From: a virus
Length of the DNA stretch: 64,000 bases
Virus record (IMG/VR): IMGVR_UViG_2786546706_000001
Coordinates: 4,285-68,284 of that record
Direction: 5' to 3' (one strand)
The notes beneath the pieces are model-generated. The model ran no database searches. It was not told the DNA's origin and was given only the letters and a program-made list of their open reading frames with translations. This document shows, piece after piece, positions 1-9,432 of the stretch. Each line of letters opens with the position of its first letter. The stretch's first letter is position 1. A program made the translations under genes and the position numbers.

Positions 1-976
1 GTCCGGCCAATCCCAAAATATCTCCGGCGAGGACACGCACACGCTTCCGGGTCTGTTCCAGCGAACCGGCCGACTCGGATGTCTGCGGATCGTCGATGAT
101 CACGAGTGATGGACGCACACTCCGCCCGTCCGCGCGTTTGTATTTCATGCCTCGCACCCGTCCGGTTATTCCCGCTACCCGGACGATGATGCCGGATGCC
201 TTGCTGTCCTTGATGGTCGGCAGCACGATCTCGTTGCTGGTCCAGGTGATTCGAGTGCGCTCACCGTGATACAGCTGACCGGCGCACCTGTTGGCGATCC
301 CGTCCAGCTGCTCGATGGGGTAGCACACTTCGGGGAAGTCCGCGGCGAGGTTCTCGTTCACCTCCAGCTCGGTCTTGATGCTGTCGAGCATCTCCAGCGC
401 GGCGGACTCCGTCGCCCCGATGAGAGTGACGAACTCCCGGTGACCGTAAACCATCGACCAGATGGCGGCGGTTTCGGCGAGCGTCGATTTACCCGAACCG
501 CGCGGCATCGCCAGGGCGAACAGACCGCCCGACAGAACCGCCGTCTCGATCTTCTCGATGACCTTCAGGTGGTCCGGCGACCATTCCAGAGAATAGGTCT
601 CCGGGAAGTAGCTCTCGCAGAAGAGCTGGAAATTCCGTTCGCACTCCTTCTTCCGCTCCGGGTTCACCACCTGGGGCAGATCTCCGATGTCGCGTCCGGC
701 GAGAGACTGCTCCGCCTGCCGCGCCCGTTCCGCATTCCTGCGGTCTTCGTATGAACGCGGTCCGGTCTCCTCCCTCGGCGTGTGCTTCTGGTCATACGCC
801 CATGCTATATATTTAAGGAGATTGATATTCCTGGTGTTCTCGGCCGCCGCGATCCGGAAGCCGACCCGGTTGAAGTCCCGGTAGAGCCGGGCCTGCGCCA
901 GAACGAAGCCCTGCGAGGTGGAGTTCAGCAGCCGGGCGACATCCACCACTCTCATGTTATTCGGACTGATTGGCAT
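1..976 (-). CDS. Phage terminase large subunit, GpA-like (5' part; runs off left edge)
   Basis: Manual translation from ATG at 976: MPISPNNMRVVDVARLLN...FQLFCESYFPETYSLEWSPDHLKVIEKIETAVLSGGLFALAMPRGSGKST (Walker A), later RPSLVIIDDPQ (Walker B). Confidence 0.85.
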   Translation of the reverse strand, partial: MPISPNNMRVVDVARLLNSTSQGFVLAQARLYRDFNRVGFRIAAAENTRNINLLKYIAWAYDQKHTPREETGPRSYEDRRNAERARQAEQSLAGRDIGDLPQVVNPERKKECERNFQLFCESYFPETYSLEWSPDHLKVIEKIETAVLSGGLFALAMPRGSGKSTLAETAAIWSMVYGHREFVTLIGATESAALEMLDSIKTELEVNENLAADFPEVCYPIEQLDGIANRCAGQLYHGERTRITWTSNEIVLPTIKDSKASGIIVRVAGITGRVRGMKYKRADGRSVRPSLVIIDDPQTSESAGSLEQTRKRVRVLAGDILGLAG

Positions 977-1166
977 TTGCCTCGTCTCCTTTCACAATCC
1001 AGGCGGCGAACTCGATCAGATTGATCGTGCCGTCTTCGTTTCGGGGCGCTCCGGCTTCGAAGTCCGCCGCCAGGAGCTCCGCGGAAATCAGCCGCGAGCC
1101 CGCCCCTTTGAGAAGATTTATGAGCATCTCCGTCTGTAATGCAGTGAGTTTTAAGGAATTATCCAT
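957..1166 (-). CDS. Small terminase-associated protein (possible small subunit, wHTH-like)
   Basis: 69 aa overlapping terminase start; GTINLIEFAAW resembles terminase N-terminal RNINLLKYIAW. Confidence 0.6.
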   Translation of the reverse strand: MDNSLKLTALQTEMLINLLKGAGSRLISAELLAADFEAGAPRNEDGTINLIEFAAWIVKGDEANANQSE

Positions 1167-1194
1167 TTATTTTTCCTATATTTTCGATATCCGA

Positions 1195-1236
1195 CTGGAT
1201 ATAGTCGGAAAGGCATGGTTATATATGCGCAGTCAA
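1195..1236 (+). promoter_or_regulatory. Copy of repeated early-type promoter, upstream of HARE-HTH gene
   Basis: CTGGATATA...CATGGTTATATATGCGCAGTCAA matches motif at 50425, 51780, 53848, 55646; overlapped by inverted repeat CCGACT-GGATAT-AGTCGG. Confidence 0.6.
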
Positions 1237-1279
1237 GCGAAAAACGCTCAACACCAACAACCTGCATAGGAGGCAGAAC

Positions 1280-1798
1280 ATGAGCATCGAAAGCACCATC
1301 ACCGTCGGAACCATCGCCATCGTCAAAATCGGACGCAACGAGGTCGAAGTCACCGTGACCGAGATCACCGCAAACGGGTGGAAGGTCAAGAGCCAGACCA
1401 CCGGGCGGGAGTTCGAGGTCCGCCGCATCGAGCGGATCGTCACGGAACCGGCCGAGGAAGCCGAACCCGAAACCGCCGCCCCCGCCGAACCGGAAACCGA
1501 GGAGGAAGACAATGCGGTCAACCCCGCCCCCGAGTCCGGAAGCGGCCCGCGCCCGGAAAAGAAGCTCTCGCTCCTCAACGCCGCCGCGCAGGTGCTCGCC
1601 ACCTGCCGCACCCCGATGAACTGCAAGGAGATCATCGCCAAGGCGGTGGAGATGGGGCTCTGGACGCCCACCGGCGCGAAGACCCCGGAGCAGACGCTTT
1701 ACAGCGGCATCTTCAGGGAGATCAAGACCACCGAGGAGCCGCGCTTCAGAAAGAGCGCGACCCGCAAGGGTTCCTTCGAACACACCAAGAAGCGGTAA
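1280..1798 (+). CDS. HARE-HTH (winged helix) domain protein
   Basis: KKLSLLNAAAQVL...MNCKEII...GLWTPTGAKTPEQTLYSGIFREI; AGGAGG RBS. Confidence 0.8.
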   Translation: MSIESTITVGTIAIVKIGRNEVEVTVTEITANGWKVKSQTTGREFEVRRIERIVTEPAEEAEPETAAPAEPETEEEDNAVNPAPESGSGPRPEKKLSLLNAAAQVLATCRTPMNCKEIIAKAVEMGLWTPTGAKTPEQTLYSGIFREIKTTEEPRFRKSATRKGSFEHTKKR

Positions 1799-1820
1799 GC
1801 GGTTCCGAAGCCCTCCATCG

Positions 1821-2057
1821 TCAGCCCCTCAAATCGAGGGGCTTTTTTCGTCTCCACGCTATCGCGCCCCAGACCGCGAACGCCAGATGAACGGCATCCA
1901 GCACCGCGCGGCTGTAGAGTCCGGACCAGAGGTCGAACCCCAGCCACGCGATGTTCCCCACCGCCCAGAGATAGAAGCACCAGATGTTCTTCCGGACATT
2001 CAGCGCCGTTCCGGTGAGGCTCAGGACAGTTATCGCCCAGGTGAATGCCGTAATCAT
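1821..2057 (-). CDS. Half-size PnuC-like (nicotinamide riboside transporter-like) membrane protein
   Basis: 78 aa, three hydrophobic segments, LNVRKNIWCFYLWAVGNIAW and WGAIAW patterns; start overlaps metK stop. Confidence 0.6.
   Translation of the reverse strand: MITAFTWAITVLSLTGTALNVRKNIWCFYLWAVGNIAWLGFDLWSGLYSRAVLDAVHLAFAVWGAIAWRRKKPLDLRG
1823..1848 (+). terminator. Rho-independent terminator
   Basis: AGCCCCTC-aaatc-GAGGGGCT followed by T run. Confidence 0.7.
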
Positions 2058-3070
2058 GTGAACAGCCCGTCCCTGCACATCTCGGCGAAGCGCGGCCGGT
2101 CGAGCCGGAACTCCCGGATGAGTTCTCCGGGCTTGACCGAATCACGATAGGAGAGCAGTTCATTTCCCTGCCGGTCGGTGAACACCACAAGAATCAGCGG
2201 ACTCCCGATGCGGCAGGAGATCGAGCAGAACACCTCCGGGCAGTCCGGGTGATGCTCGATGTAGGAGAGCGCCTTCGCCCTCGCCAGCAGATTCAGCGAC
2301 AGGTCCGCCTTCGTTCCGTCCTTCGTCCACGGCGAGCCGCCTCCGATGCGGCAATTCCCGCCGTAGAAGTCCACCGCCAGCTTGCGGCCGGTCGTGCCGC
2401 AGTCGCCGACCGGACCATGCTTCAGATACCGCCCCGTGCCGTTGACGATGAGCTTGTAGTCCCGGTTCCCGCCGCAGCAGAACGTGACGATGTTGGCGAC
2501 ATCGTAGTCATAGTGTTTCTCCGTCATCGGGACGGCGACCACGATCTCGTCAATCTTGTCGTCGCGTAGCGTGACCTGCGTCTTGATGTCGATCCCGGCG
2601 TAATGCGAATCGTAGAGATGCTTGCCGATCTTACGGGCCAGCCACCAGTCCTTCGGCATATACTGTGCTTCCGGGGAGTTGACCGCCATGCCCCAGAAGA
2701 TGCCCTGATCTCCCCAGCCGTCCGCATCCACACCCTGGGCGATGTCCGGGGACTGCCGCCCGATGTGCTGCGTGACGATCAGATCATCTCCGCAGATGAT
2801 GTTCTCCCGGCCGAACCGCTTCTGGTATGCGGCGGTGTAGCCGACCTGATTGACGGCGGTCTTCACGAATGCCGCGATGTCCTCCGGCGAGAAGTCCGCC
2901 GTGCTGGTGATCTCGCCGCCCAGCGTCACGAAGTTGTCCTTGATCTGCACCTCCAGCGCATACCGGGTCTTCGGGTCGCGTTCGATGTAGCGGTCGAGGA
3001 TGAAGGACGAGATGAAGTCCGCGAGTTTGTCCGGATGCCCGGTGGACACCCATTCCGAAGTCTTATACAT
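2054..3070 (-). CDS. metK: S-adenosylmethionine synthetase
   Basis: SEWVSTGHPDK, GDQG, TGRKLAVDFYG, GGGSPWTKDGTKAD motifs. Confidence 0.92.
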   Translation of the reverse strand: MYKTSEWVSTGHPDKLADFISSFILDRYIERDPKTRYALEVQIKDNFVTLGGEITSTADFSPEDIAAFVKTAVNQVGYTAAYQKRFGRENIICGDDLIVTQHIGRQSPDIAQGVDADGWGDQGIFWGMAVNSPEAQYMPKDWWLARKIGKHLYDSHYAGIDIKTQVTLRDDKIDEIVVAVPMTEKHYDYDVANIVTFCCGGNRDYKLIVNGTGRYLKHGPVGDCGTTGRKLAVDFYGGNCRIGGGSPWTKDGTKADLSLNLLARAKALSYIEHHPDCPEVFCSISCRIGSPLILVVFTDRQGNELLSYRDSVKPGELIREFRLDRPRFAEMCRDGLFT

Positions 3071-4298
3071 TGGCGTTTCCTTCCATTTCATTGTTGACGG
3101 CGGGGGTGAGAGCCTGCCAGTCGCAGCCTTCACCGGCGGTGAACTCGGCCCACCTGCGGCGGATCACATCGCAATATTTCGGGTCCAGTTCCATCGTGCG
3201 GCAGATCCGTCCGGTCTGCTCGCAGGCAATCAATGTGCTTCCGGACCCGCCGAAAGTGTCGATGACGATGTCGCCGCGTCTGCTGGAATTCTTGATGAGA
3301 TACACCAGCATCTCCACGGGTTTCATCGTCGGATGCACATCGTTATGCTTGGGCTTGTTGTATTCCATGACGGTGGTCTGACTCCGGTCGTTGTACCATG
3401 CGTGGGCAGCGCCTTCCTTCCAGCCGTAGAGCGCGGGCTCGTGGAGCCACTGGTAGTCCTGCCGCCCCAGGACGAGCGCGTTCTTCTTCCAGATCAGGCA
3501 CTGCCGGACTTTGAGACCGATGTCGTGGCAGGCTCCCCGGAAGTTGTATCCCTCGGAGTCGGCGTGGAAGATGTAGAACGACGCGCCGGGTTCCATGCGG
3601 TCATGCACACACTGGAACGCATCCCGGAGGAACGCGCGGAACTGCGTGTCCTCCATGTTGTCGTTTTCGATGGTCATGCCGTTGCTGCCCTCATACGCCA
3701 CGTTGTATGGGGGATCGGTGAGCCAGAGGTTCGCTTTCTCCTCGCCCATCAGCCGGGCGACATCCTCCGCCTTGGTCGCGTCGCCGCAGAGGAGTCTGTG
3801 CTTCCCCAGCTGGTAGACCGTGCCGGGGACGGATGCCGCGTCCTCCGGGACTTCCGGAACGGCGTCCGGTTCGGTCTCGCCCTCGGTCACGGTATCCTCG
3901 CCGTCCCCGTTCAGCAGTTTGTCCAGTTCTTCGGGATCGAAACCCAGCACGGACAGGTCGAAGTCGGCGTTCTGAAGGTCTTTCAGCTCCATCGGCAGCA
4001 GAGCGAAGTCCCATTCGGCAATTTCGCCGGTCTTGTTGTCGGCGATGCGGTATGCCTGGACCTGCTCCGGCGTGAGGTGATCCGCCACGACCACCGGGAC
4101 CTCGGTCAGTCCCAGCTGTTCGGCGGCCTTCAGCCGGGTATGACCGACGATGACGACCATGTCCTTGTCCACCACGATGGGCTGCTGCCAGCCGAATTCC
4201 TTGATCGACCGGGCAACGGCCTCGACCGCGCCCTCGTTGTGGCGCGGGTTCTTCTCATACGGACGGATGTCCGTGATCTTCATGTTGACGATATTCAT
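3063..4298 (-). CDS. ParB-like N-terminus fused to N6/N4 DNA methyltransferase
   Basis: PYEKNPR...GHTRL (ParBc); TDPPYNV and DTFGGSGST motifs; HPTMKP. Confidence 0.92.
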   Translation of the reverse strand: MNIVNMKITDIRPYEKNPRHNEGAVEAVARSIKEFGWQQPIVVDKDMVVIVGHTRLKAAEQLGLTEVPVVVADHLTPEQVQAYRIADNKTGEIAEWDFALLPMELKDLQNADFDLSVLGFDPEELDKLLNGDGEDTVTEGETEPDAVPEVPEDAASVPGTVYQLGKHRLLCGDATKAEDVARLMGEEKANLWLTDPPYNVAYEGSNGMTIENDNMEDTQFRAFLRDAFQCVHDRMEPGASFYIFHADSEGYNFRGACHDIGLKVRQCLIWKKNALVLGRQDYQWLHEPALYGWKEGAAHAWYNDRSQTTVMEYNKPKHNDVHPTMKPVEMLVYLIKNSSRRGDIVIDTFGGSGSTLIACEQTGRICRTMELDPKYCDVIRRRWAEFTAGEGCDWQALTPAVNNEMEGNANV

Positions 4299-4448
4299 GT
4301 TGTTTCCTTTTTGGTAACGATTGTTGTTGAAAAGGTTACAGACGCGCCCGTATAGGCGCGAGACAGCCCCGCTGTCGCGTCTCACGGGCAGACCAGGAGC
4401 GTGATTCGGGCCGTTCCCAAGGGCGGCCCAGCGGCGTTTTGTCATCGG

Positions 4449-4522
4449 CAAGCAAGTCTGCTTAACTGATCGAGTCCTTCCGCGCGCCCATCCATTTTCC
4501 CTTTTGAGGGGGGAACCATAGG
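4449..4522. other. Candidate packaging (cos/pac) site
   Basis: Non-coding gap ahead of the methylase-terminase block with quasi-symmetric GAGTCCTTCC...GGGGGGAACC; position-based inference. Confidence 0.3.
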
Positions 4523-4550
4523 ATTTGAGGCCGCTCCGGGCCTTGCCGCC

Positions 4551-4880
4551 TCATTCCCGACCCCTTCGGTGTGCATCCCGTCTATGGTGCGGTTTCCGTC
4601 GATCTTTCGTCACTTCTTCCGTCACTTTGGGATGGTGATACGGATTCTCAGGGCCGAGCATCCGGGCAATCTGATAGACTCTTCTGGTTGTAACGCCTGC
4701 AACGGTGGCTATATCATTGGCGGGGCATCCGGACCGGATCATGGCTCGGATAAACTCCGGGTCTTCTCTCCGGGGCGAGTCCGGCGCTGGCGGCACATAC
4801 AGCAGACCGCGCCAGTGCTTCTGCACGGCATGCAGCAGTTCAGGCGGAAGGACGTCCGCCGCGTTGGAATAAACACACAA
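4551..4880 (-). CDS. CD3324/Mor-like HTH protein
   Basis: YSNAADVLPPELLHAVQKHWRGLLYVP plus C-terminal HTH (IATVAGVTTRRVYQI). Confidence 0.6.
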   Translation of the reverse strand: MCVYSNAADVLPPELLHAVQKHWRGLLYVPPAPDSPRREDPEFIRAMIRSGCPANDIATVAGVTTRRVYQIARMLGPENPYHHPKVTEEVTKDRRKPHHRRDAHRRGRE

Positions 4881-4904
4881 GACGCACCTCCTTTCCTGGG
4901 GTCC

Positions 4905-5147
4905 GGCTGCAAATTCCCAAATTCACGGATTCACAGATATAATGCGGAAAGGCCCTGAAAACGGCCCAAAATAAAGAAATCCACGTGTGCTGTGAATTTG
5001 TGAAATAAGGGAAGGAAGAATTATAAGTAAGTAATTATTAGTTATTTACCCTATCTTCTTCTTTCACATCCTGATTCCCAAATTCACAAGGAGCGATCCG
5101 CGATTTCGGGTCTGATCTCCGCGAACTTGAAAAACGCCTTTGTGAAA
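4905..5147. other. Putative replication origin
   Basis: Downstream of primase; repeated (C/A)AAATTCAC / GTGAATTTGTGAAA in both orientations around an AT-rich core (AATTATAAGTAAGTAATTATTAGTTATTTA). Confidence 0.5.
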
Positions 5148-7547
5148 TCAGGCCAGCCGGTAATACTTCGCCGTCTTCCCCTCGGTCGGGATGAAGTCCG
5201 TGGTGACCGTGCCGTTCTCCTGCAGCGTGTCCATGATCTGCTTGAACACTTCCTTGGACTCGTGCATGTTCCGCAGCAGCTGGCTGTGCTTCATCTTGCC
5301 TCCGGCCTGCCGGATGTAGCGGACGGCCTTGCGGCACTTCTCATCGAAGAGGTTCTCGAAGGAGTATGCGTCCACCATGAACAGCATCTGGTCGGTGACG
5401 TGTTCCACGAAAGCGGCCGCCCACTTGACTCCGGCGACCGAGATGACGGGCTTGACCGGGTTCTCGGATACGGCGTAGAGCATGGAGAGCTTGCACACCT
5501 TCTCGAAGACGCGCGCCCAGAACGCCATCGCCTCGTTGCGCTGTTCGGCTTCGTGCCGGTCGTAGATGCAGTCGTACTTCTCGTTCAGCTTGGACAGAAG
5601 CACATCGGCATCGGGCGCGGCCGGGATCAGCATGGGAGCCGGGTTGATCTCGGTGAGATTCCCGGACTGCCCGTATTTGCCGATGATCTCGATGGCGCGG
5701 GTGATGGCGTCCGGGATGCTTTCGCCGGACGGCTTGCGTCCGTGGCCGCGTTTTCCCGCGTCCAGGATCATGCACCGGGCGATGAGTCCGTTGGCCAGCA
5801 CACGTTCGGACAAAGCCGAGTAAAAGAACTTCGGGATGGCGGTTCCGAGGATGACCAGATGCGGATTCACGATCTTGCGGTCGTCGTCGGTCTTCTTGCC
5901 TTCGTTGTTGCGTATGGAGAGTTTTCTCATTTTATATACTCCGTTGGATGCTCCGTAGAAGCGGAGCAGTTTTTCCATAATTGATTCGCCGCGTCCGTCG
6001 CGGGCGAACTTCAGGGAATTGAAAACTGTGTCGAACTCGTCGATCTCGAAAAGCATGGACGGATGCAGAAACATCGCATCCTCCAGACCCTCGCCGGACC
6101 CGAAGGATTCCGCGATGCAAGCGCCAAGGTCGTGGTGAATGGCGACATTCATATTGACCTTGCGGGGATGATCCTTGCCCGTGCCGCTGTTCGCCAGCGC
6201 GACGAGATAGATGTTACCCCGGTTGTTGCGCTCGTCGGTGATCTTGCGGCCGGTGAGGAACGCGAGGAACGCCAGTGCGCTGCAGAATGCCAGGATGCGG
6301 TTCGGATACTGTCCGGTCCGCATGGTGTAGTTCGCATATTCCGTGATGAAGCCCGGCACGTCGAGCAGCTTCTCCGGCAGTGGCGCGAGCATCGGTTCCT
6401 TGTCCGTCTTCGGCTCGGCCGGTGGCGGCAGCGCCTTCGGCTTCTGGGACAGGATGCCGGAGATGTCCACGTCCGGGAGCGGCTGTTCCTTCCGGTCGTG
6501 ACAGCCAGGTTCGCGCAGTTCGCGGAGCTTGAACCAGTCGTTGCCGGTGCAGGAATTGTGATGACACCGGAAGGCGATTGCCCCGTTTGCCTGCTGGATC
6601 AAAACGGCGGACCGGTTGCGGTGCGCGTCGTTGAACGGGCAGACGGGGAAAACCCACTTTCTGCCGTCCTTCCACACCTGCGGCTGACCGAGTTCCGGAC
6701 AGTATCGGGCGATCCAATCGTCCAGATTGAACTCGGAAACTTCCCGGCTTGGTAAGGATGAGGTCTCCTGCACACCGCCGCTTGGTAAGGAGGTGGTCTG
6801 CTCCGCTGTCGCGGCACTCTTCCAGGAGGCGGCGGTTTCCATCTGCTCCGGCGTGACGATCCCGAACTTCTCCGGGGCGGAGAGGATCTGCGCCATGCGG
6901 TGAGGCCGGGTCTTGACATCGTCCCCCTTGCAGTTCATCGTTCCCGGTATCCTCCAAATCCGGGCCGGGTTGAACACCGTGAGATCGACGTCCACCTTGT
7001 CATCCCCGGCAGTTGCGATTCCCGCGATGCACCTCTGGACGAGATCGCCGTCCGCGACAGGCAGGTCGATGCGATACATCATCTGCGCCCCGTTGCCGGA
7101 GTCGATCAGGATGGGATCGGGCCAGCCGGAGGCGGACAGACCTGCGCGGATCTTGCATGCCATCGAAATGGCGGCTTCGTGTTCGGGGTCGGAACTCGAC
7201 ACGCCGGACACCCGCTTCGGATCGCAGTCGACCAGCAGCCACCGGCGCGACAGAATATCCGTGTCGGCGGTGGTGGCTTCCCTCGTGATGCCGCGCAGCC
7301 GGTTGCAGGCGCGGGCCAGCAGGTCGGGATTGACCGGATTCACCGTTGCATACGCTCCCCGGAAGGAGCGCAGTTTGCCGATCGCTTCGGCAGCGTCCGT
7401 GATGTGTTCGTAATCGAAATATCCCGACTCCATGTGCGGACGCATCCATTCGGAGGTGGTCGCGTCCAAGACCCGAATCTCGAAGACATCATCTTTGCGG
7501 AACCACAGTTTCAGCGCTGAGACGATGCTTCCTTTATCGGTTTTCAT
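5148..7547 (-). CDS. Primase-like protein with Zn-binding region and DUF3987 helicase-like domain
   Basis: DCD and DSGNG (AEP-like), CPF...H...CHHNSC, ANSGTGKD Walker A, IDEFD Walker B. Confidence 0.8.
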   Translation of the reverse strand: MKTDKGSIVSALKLWFRKDDVFEIRVLDATTSEWMRPHMESGYFDYEHITDAAEAIGKLRSFRGAYATVNPVNPDLLARACNRLRGITREATTADTDILSRRWLLVDCDPKRVSGVSSSDPEHEAAISMACKIRAGLSASGWPDPILIDSGNGAQMMYRIDLPVADGDLVQRCIAGIATAGDDKVDVDLTVFNPARIWRIPGTMNCKGDDVKTRPHRMAQILSAPEKFGIVTPEQMETAASWKSAATAEQTTSLPSGGVQETSSLPSREVSEFNLDDWIARYCPELGQPQVWKDGRKWVFPVCPFNDAHRNRSAVLIQQANGAIAFRCHHNSCTGNDWFKLRELREPGCHDRKEQPLPDVDISGILSQKPKALPPPAEPKTDKEPMLAPLPEKLLDVPGFITEYANYTMRTGQYPNRILAFCSALAFLAFLTGRKITDERNNRGNIYLVALANSGTGKDHPRKVNMNVAIHHDLGACIAESFGSGEGLEDAMFLHPSMLFEIDEFDTVFNSLKFARDGRGESIMEKLLRFYGASNGVYKMRKLSIRNNEGKKTDDDRKIVNPHLVILGTAIPKFFYSALSERVLANGLIARCMILDAGKRGHGRKPSGESIPDAITRAIEIIGKYGQSGNLTEINPAPMLIPAAPDADVLLSKLNEKYDCIYDRHEAEQRNEAMAFWARVFEKVCKLSMLYAVSENPVKPVISVAGVKWAAAFVEHVTDQMLFMVDAYSFENLFDEKCRKAVRYIRQAGGKMKHSQLLRNMHESKEVFKQIMDTLQENGTVTTDFIPTEGKTAKYYRLA

Positions 7548-7929
7548 GACGGGCGGCCTTCTCCTTCGCGGTCGGACAGGAGAGGTCCAGGATCACGAAC
7601 AGGAACGACCCCGCCGCGACCTCCGGGAACACCTTCGGATAGACCTCCGTCCGCAGCCAGCGGCGAAGCGCGGCGGCTTTCCGGCCGCGATTCGGGGCGA
7701 GGATCTTCTCCACGTCCTCGCGGGGGACCAGACGCACGACCTGCAGACCGCCGGGAGTGCTGATCCGCTCGTAGAGGGGCTTGTTCTCGGTGTGGACGGC
7801 CAGCTGACGGTTCGGGTTAGAGAAGCCCAGGATGTTGCAGATGTCCCGGATGACGAACAGGGGCTTGCCGTCCTTTTCCACGATGCGGACGGGCAGATCG
7901 TTGAACTTGAAAGTCGTGACGTTACTCAT
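7534..7929 (-). CDS. BRO-N domain protein (antirepressor-like)
   Basis: FKFNDLPVRIVEKDGKPLFVIRDICNILGFSNP...TPGGLQ. Confidence 0.85.
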   Translation of the reverse strand: MSNVTTFKFNDLPVRIVEKDGKPLFVIRDICNILGFSNPNRQLAVHTENKPLYERISTPGGLQVVRLVPREDVEKILAPNRGRKAAALRRWLRTEVYPKVFPEVAAGSFLFVILDLSCPTAKEKAARHENR

Positions 7930-8173
7930 TGTTTTTCTCCTCCAGATTTTTCAGGAATCGGATGGCTGATGCGGCGGTATGGACTGCTTCGGTGATCATC
8001 GACTGATGCGAAGTACGTTTCTCGCCGTAATCATTGGCGGCTTTCAGCAACTCCCCGGCTTCCTCTGCCGGGATCGCGGCCGCCTTGACCGGATCGGTGG
8101 GCCAGACGGGATGCAGTTTCTCGGCGCGGTTGATTTCGGCCATGACGAGACCGAGGATGGCTTCAATTTTCAT
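7922..8173 (-). CDS. MazG-like NTP pyrophosphohydrolase
   Basis: AEEAGELLKA...EAVHTAASAIRFL acidic helical pattern. Confidence 0.55.
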   Translation of the reverse strand: MKIEAILGLVMAEINRAEKLHPVWPTDPVKAAAIPAEEAGELLKAANDYGEKRTSHQSMITEAVHTAASAIRFLKNLEEKNNE

Positions 8174-8462
8174 GCGTTTCCAGCTCCTTTGCCGCGGCGA
8201 GCATCTCGTCCATGTGCATCCGGGCCTGATCGCGGACGGCTTTGATCTTTTCGATGAAAACATCGCAGTCGGCGATGAAGGACTCGAAGCACTGCTTGTA
8301 GTCCGTGCCGCAACCGTGCGGACTGAGCAACAGATCGTAATTCGTCAGGAAAAAGGACGGTTCCAGATTGCCTTTCTGGTTCTTGGTGATGTGCCAGCGG
8401 CCGTCCGCGCTGACCATTTCCTGCTGTGATTCCTGCTCCGTGATTTTCCATTCGATGTTCAT
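8163..8462 (-). CDS. Hypothetical phage protein
   Basis: 99-aa ORF in operon, GGAG RBS, coupled to neighbours. Confidence 0.65.
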   Translation of the reverse strand: MNIEWKITEQESQQEMVSADGRWHITKNQKGNLEPSFFLTNYDLLLSPHGCGTDYKQCFESFIADCDVFIEKIKAVRDQARMHMDEMLAAAKELETHEN

Positions 8463-8463
8463 C

Positions 8464-8883
8464 TTATTTCTCCTCCTGAAGTGTTTGTTTGACTGAACGC
8501 CATCCCTGCGGACGATACGGGGTGTCGAATACCCATTCGCCATTGCGGAACACATACACATATTCCGCCCAATACATGTGGTGGGCCTGTGCCAGCAGTT
8601 TGTCGGCGGACTCCCATTCATCGGGAGCGTCGTATTCCTCGCCGTAGTCGCGGTGATATGCGATGCAGACATCCTGCGCCTCCGGTTCGGGATCGTCTTC
8701 CGACAGTTTGTCGCCGAGTGCGGACAGGCCGCCGAGCGCCAGCAGTTTCTCGACCCGGTTCTGCGTGGTATAGTGCTGCGTCAGGCAGATGCCCGCGCCG
8801 TCCAGATACATATCGAAATGGACGTAGATCGCCCGGCAGGTCTTGTCGGGATCTTCAATTGCGATAATTCCTCGTGTTGACAT
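8464..8883 (-). CDS. Conserved phage protein (MSTR...IYxH.D.Y family), paralog of 55758-56192
   Basis: MSTRGIIAI...AIYVHFDMY...LLALGGLS...IAYHRDYGE...WAEYVYVF. Confidence 0.75.
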   Translation of the reverse strand: MSTRGIIAIEDPDKTCRAIYVHFDMYLDGAGICLTQHYTTQNRVEKLLALGGLSALGDKLSEDDPEPEAQDVCIAYHRDYGEEYDAPDEWESADKLLAQAHHMYWAEYVYVFRNGEWVFDTPYRPQGWRSVKQTLQEEK

Positions 8884-8887
8884 ATAT

Positions 8888-9109
8888 TTACTCCTGTTCG
8901 GGTTCGTCGTCGAACCAGTTGGTCAGCGTGGCCAGCGAGAAGCCGAGCTTCACGGCCGCCTCCTCGATCTGATACTTGATTTCGGAATTCCAGTCCCTGT
9001 TCTGTTCGAACACGAACTCCAGTTCGCCGGTCACCGCTTCCAGCAGATTCAGGCATTTCGCCAGTCTTTTGCGGGACCTTTCGATCTGTTCTGTGAAGTC
9101 TCTTGCCAT
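8888..9109 (-). CDS. Hypothetical protein
   Basis: 73-aa helical ORF, GGAGG RBS. Confidence 0.6.
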   Translation of the reverse strand: MARDFTEQIERSRKRLAKCLNLLEAVTGELEFVFEQNRDWNSEIKYQIEEAAVKLGFSLATLTNWFDDEPEQE

Positions 9110-9110
9110 G

Positions 9111-9422
9111 TCAGCCCTCCGTCACGTTTTCGGGATTCTCTTTCATCGCTTCTTCGCAGTCGTCGAGCCGCGCCATGAGACCGGCGTTGTCCTCGATCTC
9201 CTCGCGCAGTTCTCTGACCTTCATGGCGATAAACTCGGGCCACGGGTATTCGTTTCCCTCGGCGTCTTTCGCCGTTGCCGGCGGCGTCGAGGCCATGTAG
9301 GCGAGGATCTCACGCCAGAGCATATCGTTGATGTTCTGACATTCCTCGCGTTTGCTTTCGATTTCGTTTTTGCCGATCCGGGAGAGATAGCCTTCGTGCT
9401 TGTAGTAAGTTCCCCAGCTCAT
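9111..9422 (-). CDS. Hypothetical protein
   Basis: 103-aa ORF, GGAGG RBS. Confidence 0.6.
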   Translation of the reverse strand: MSWGTYYKHEGYLSRIGKNEIESKREECQNINDMLWREILAYMASTPPATAKDAEGNEYPWPEFIAMKVRELREEIEDNAGLMARLDDCEEAMKENPENVTEG

Positions 9423-9432
9423 ATTTCCTCCG

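Noticed and set aside
4330-4445. GC-rich palindromic tract as a sixth member of the 50-57 kb repeat family
   Set aside because: Only short matches (CTGTCGCG, CGGGCCGTT); cannot be supported without alignment.
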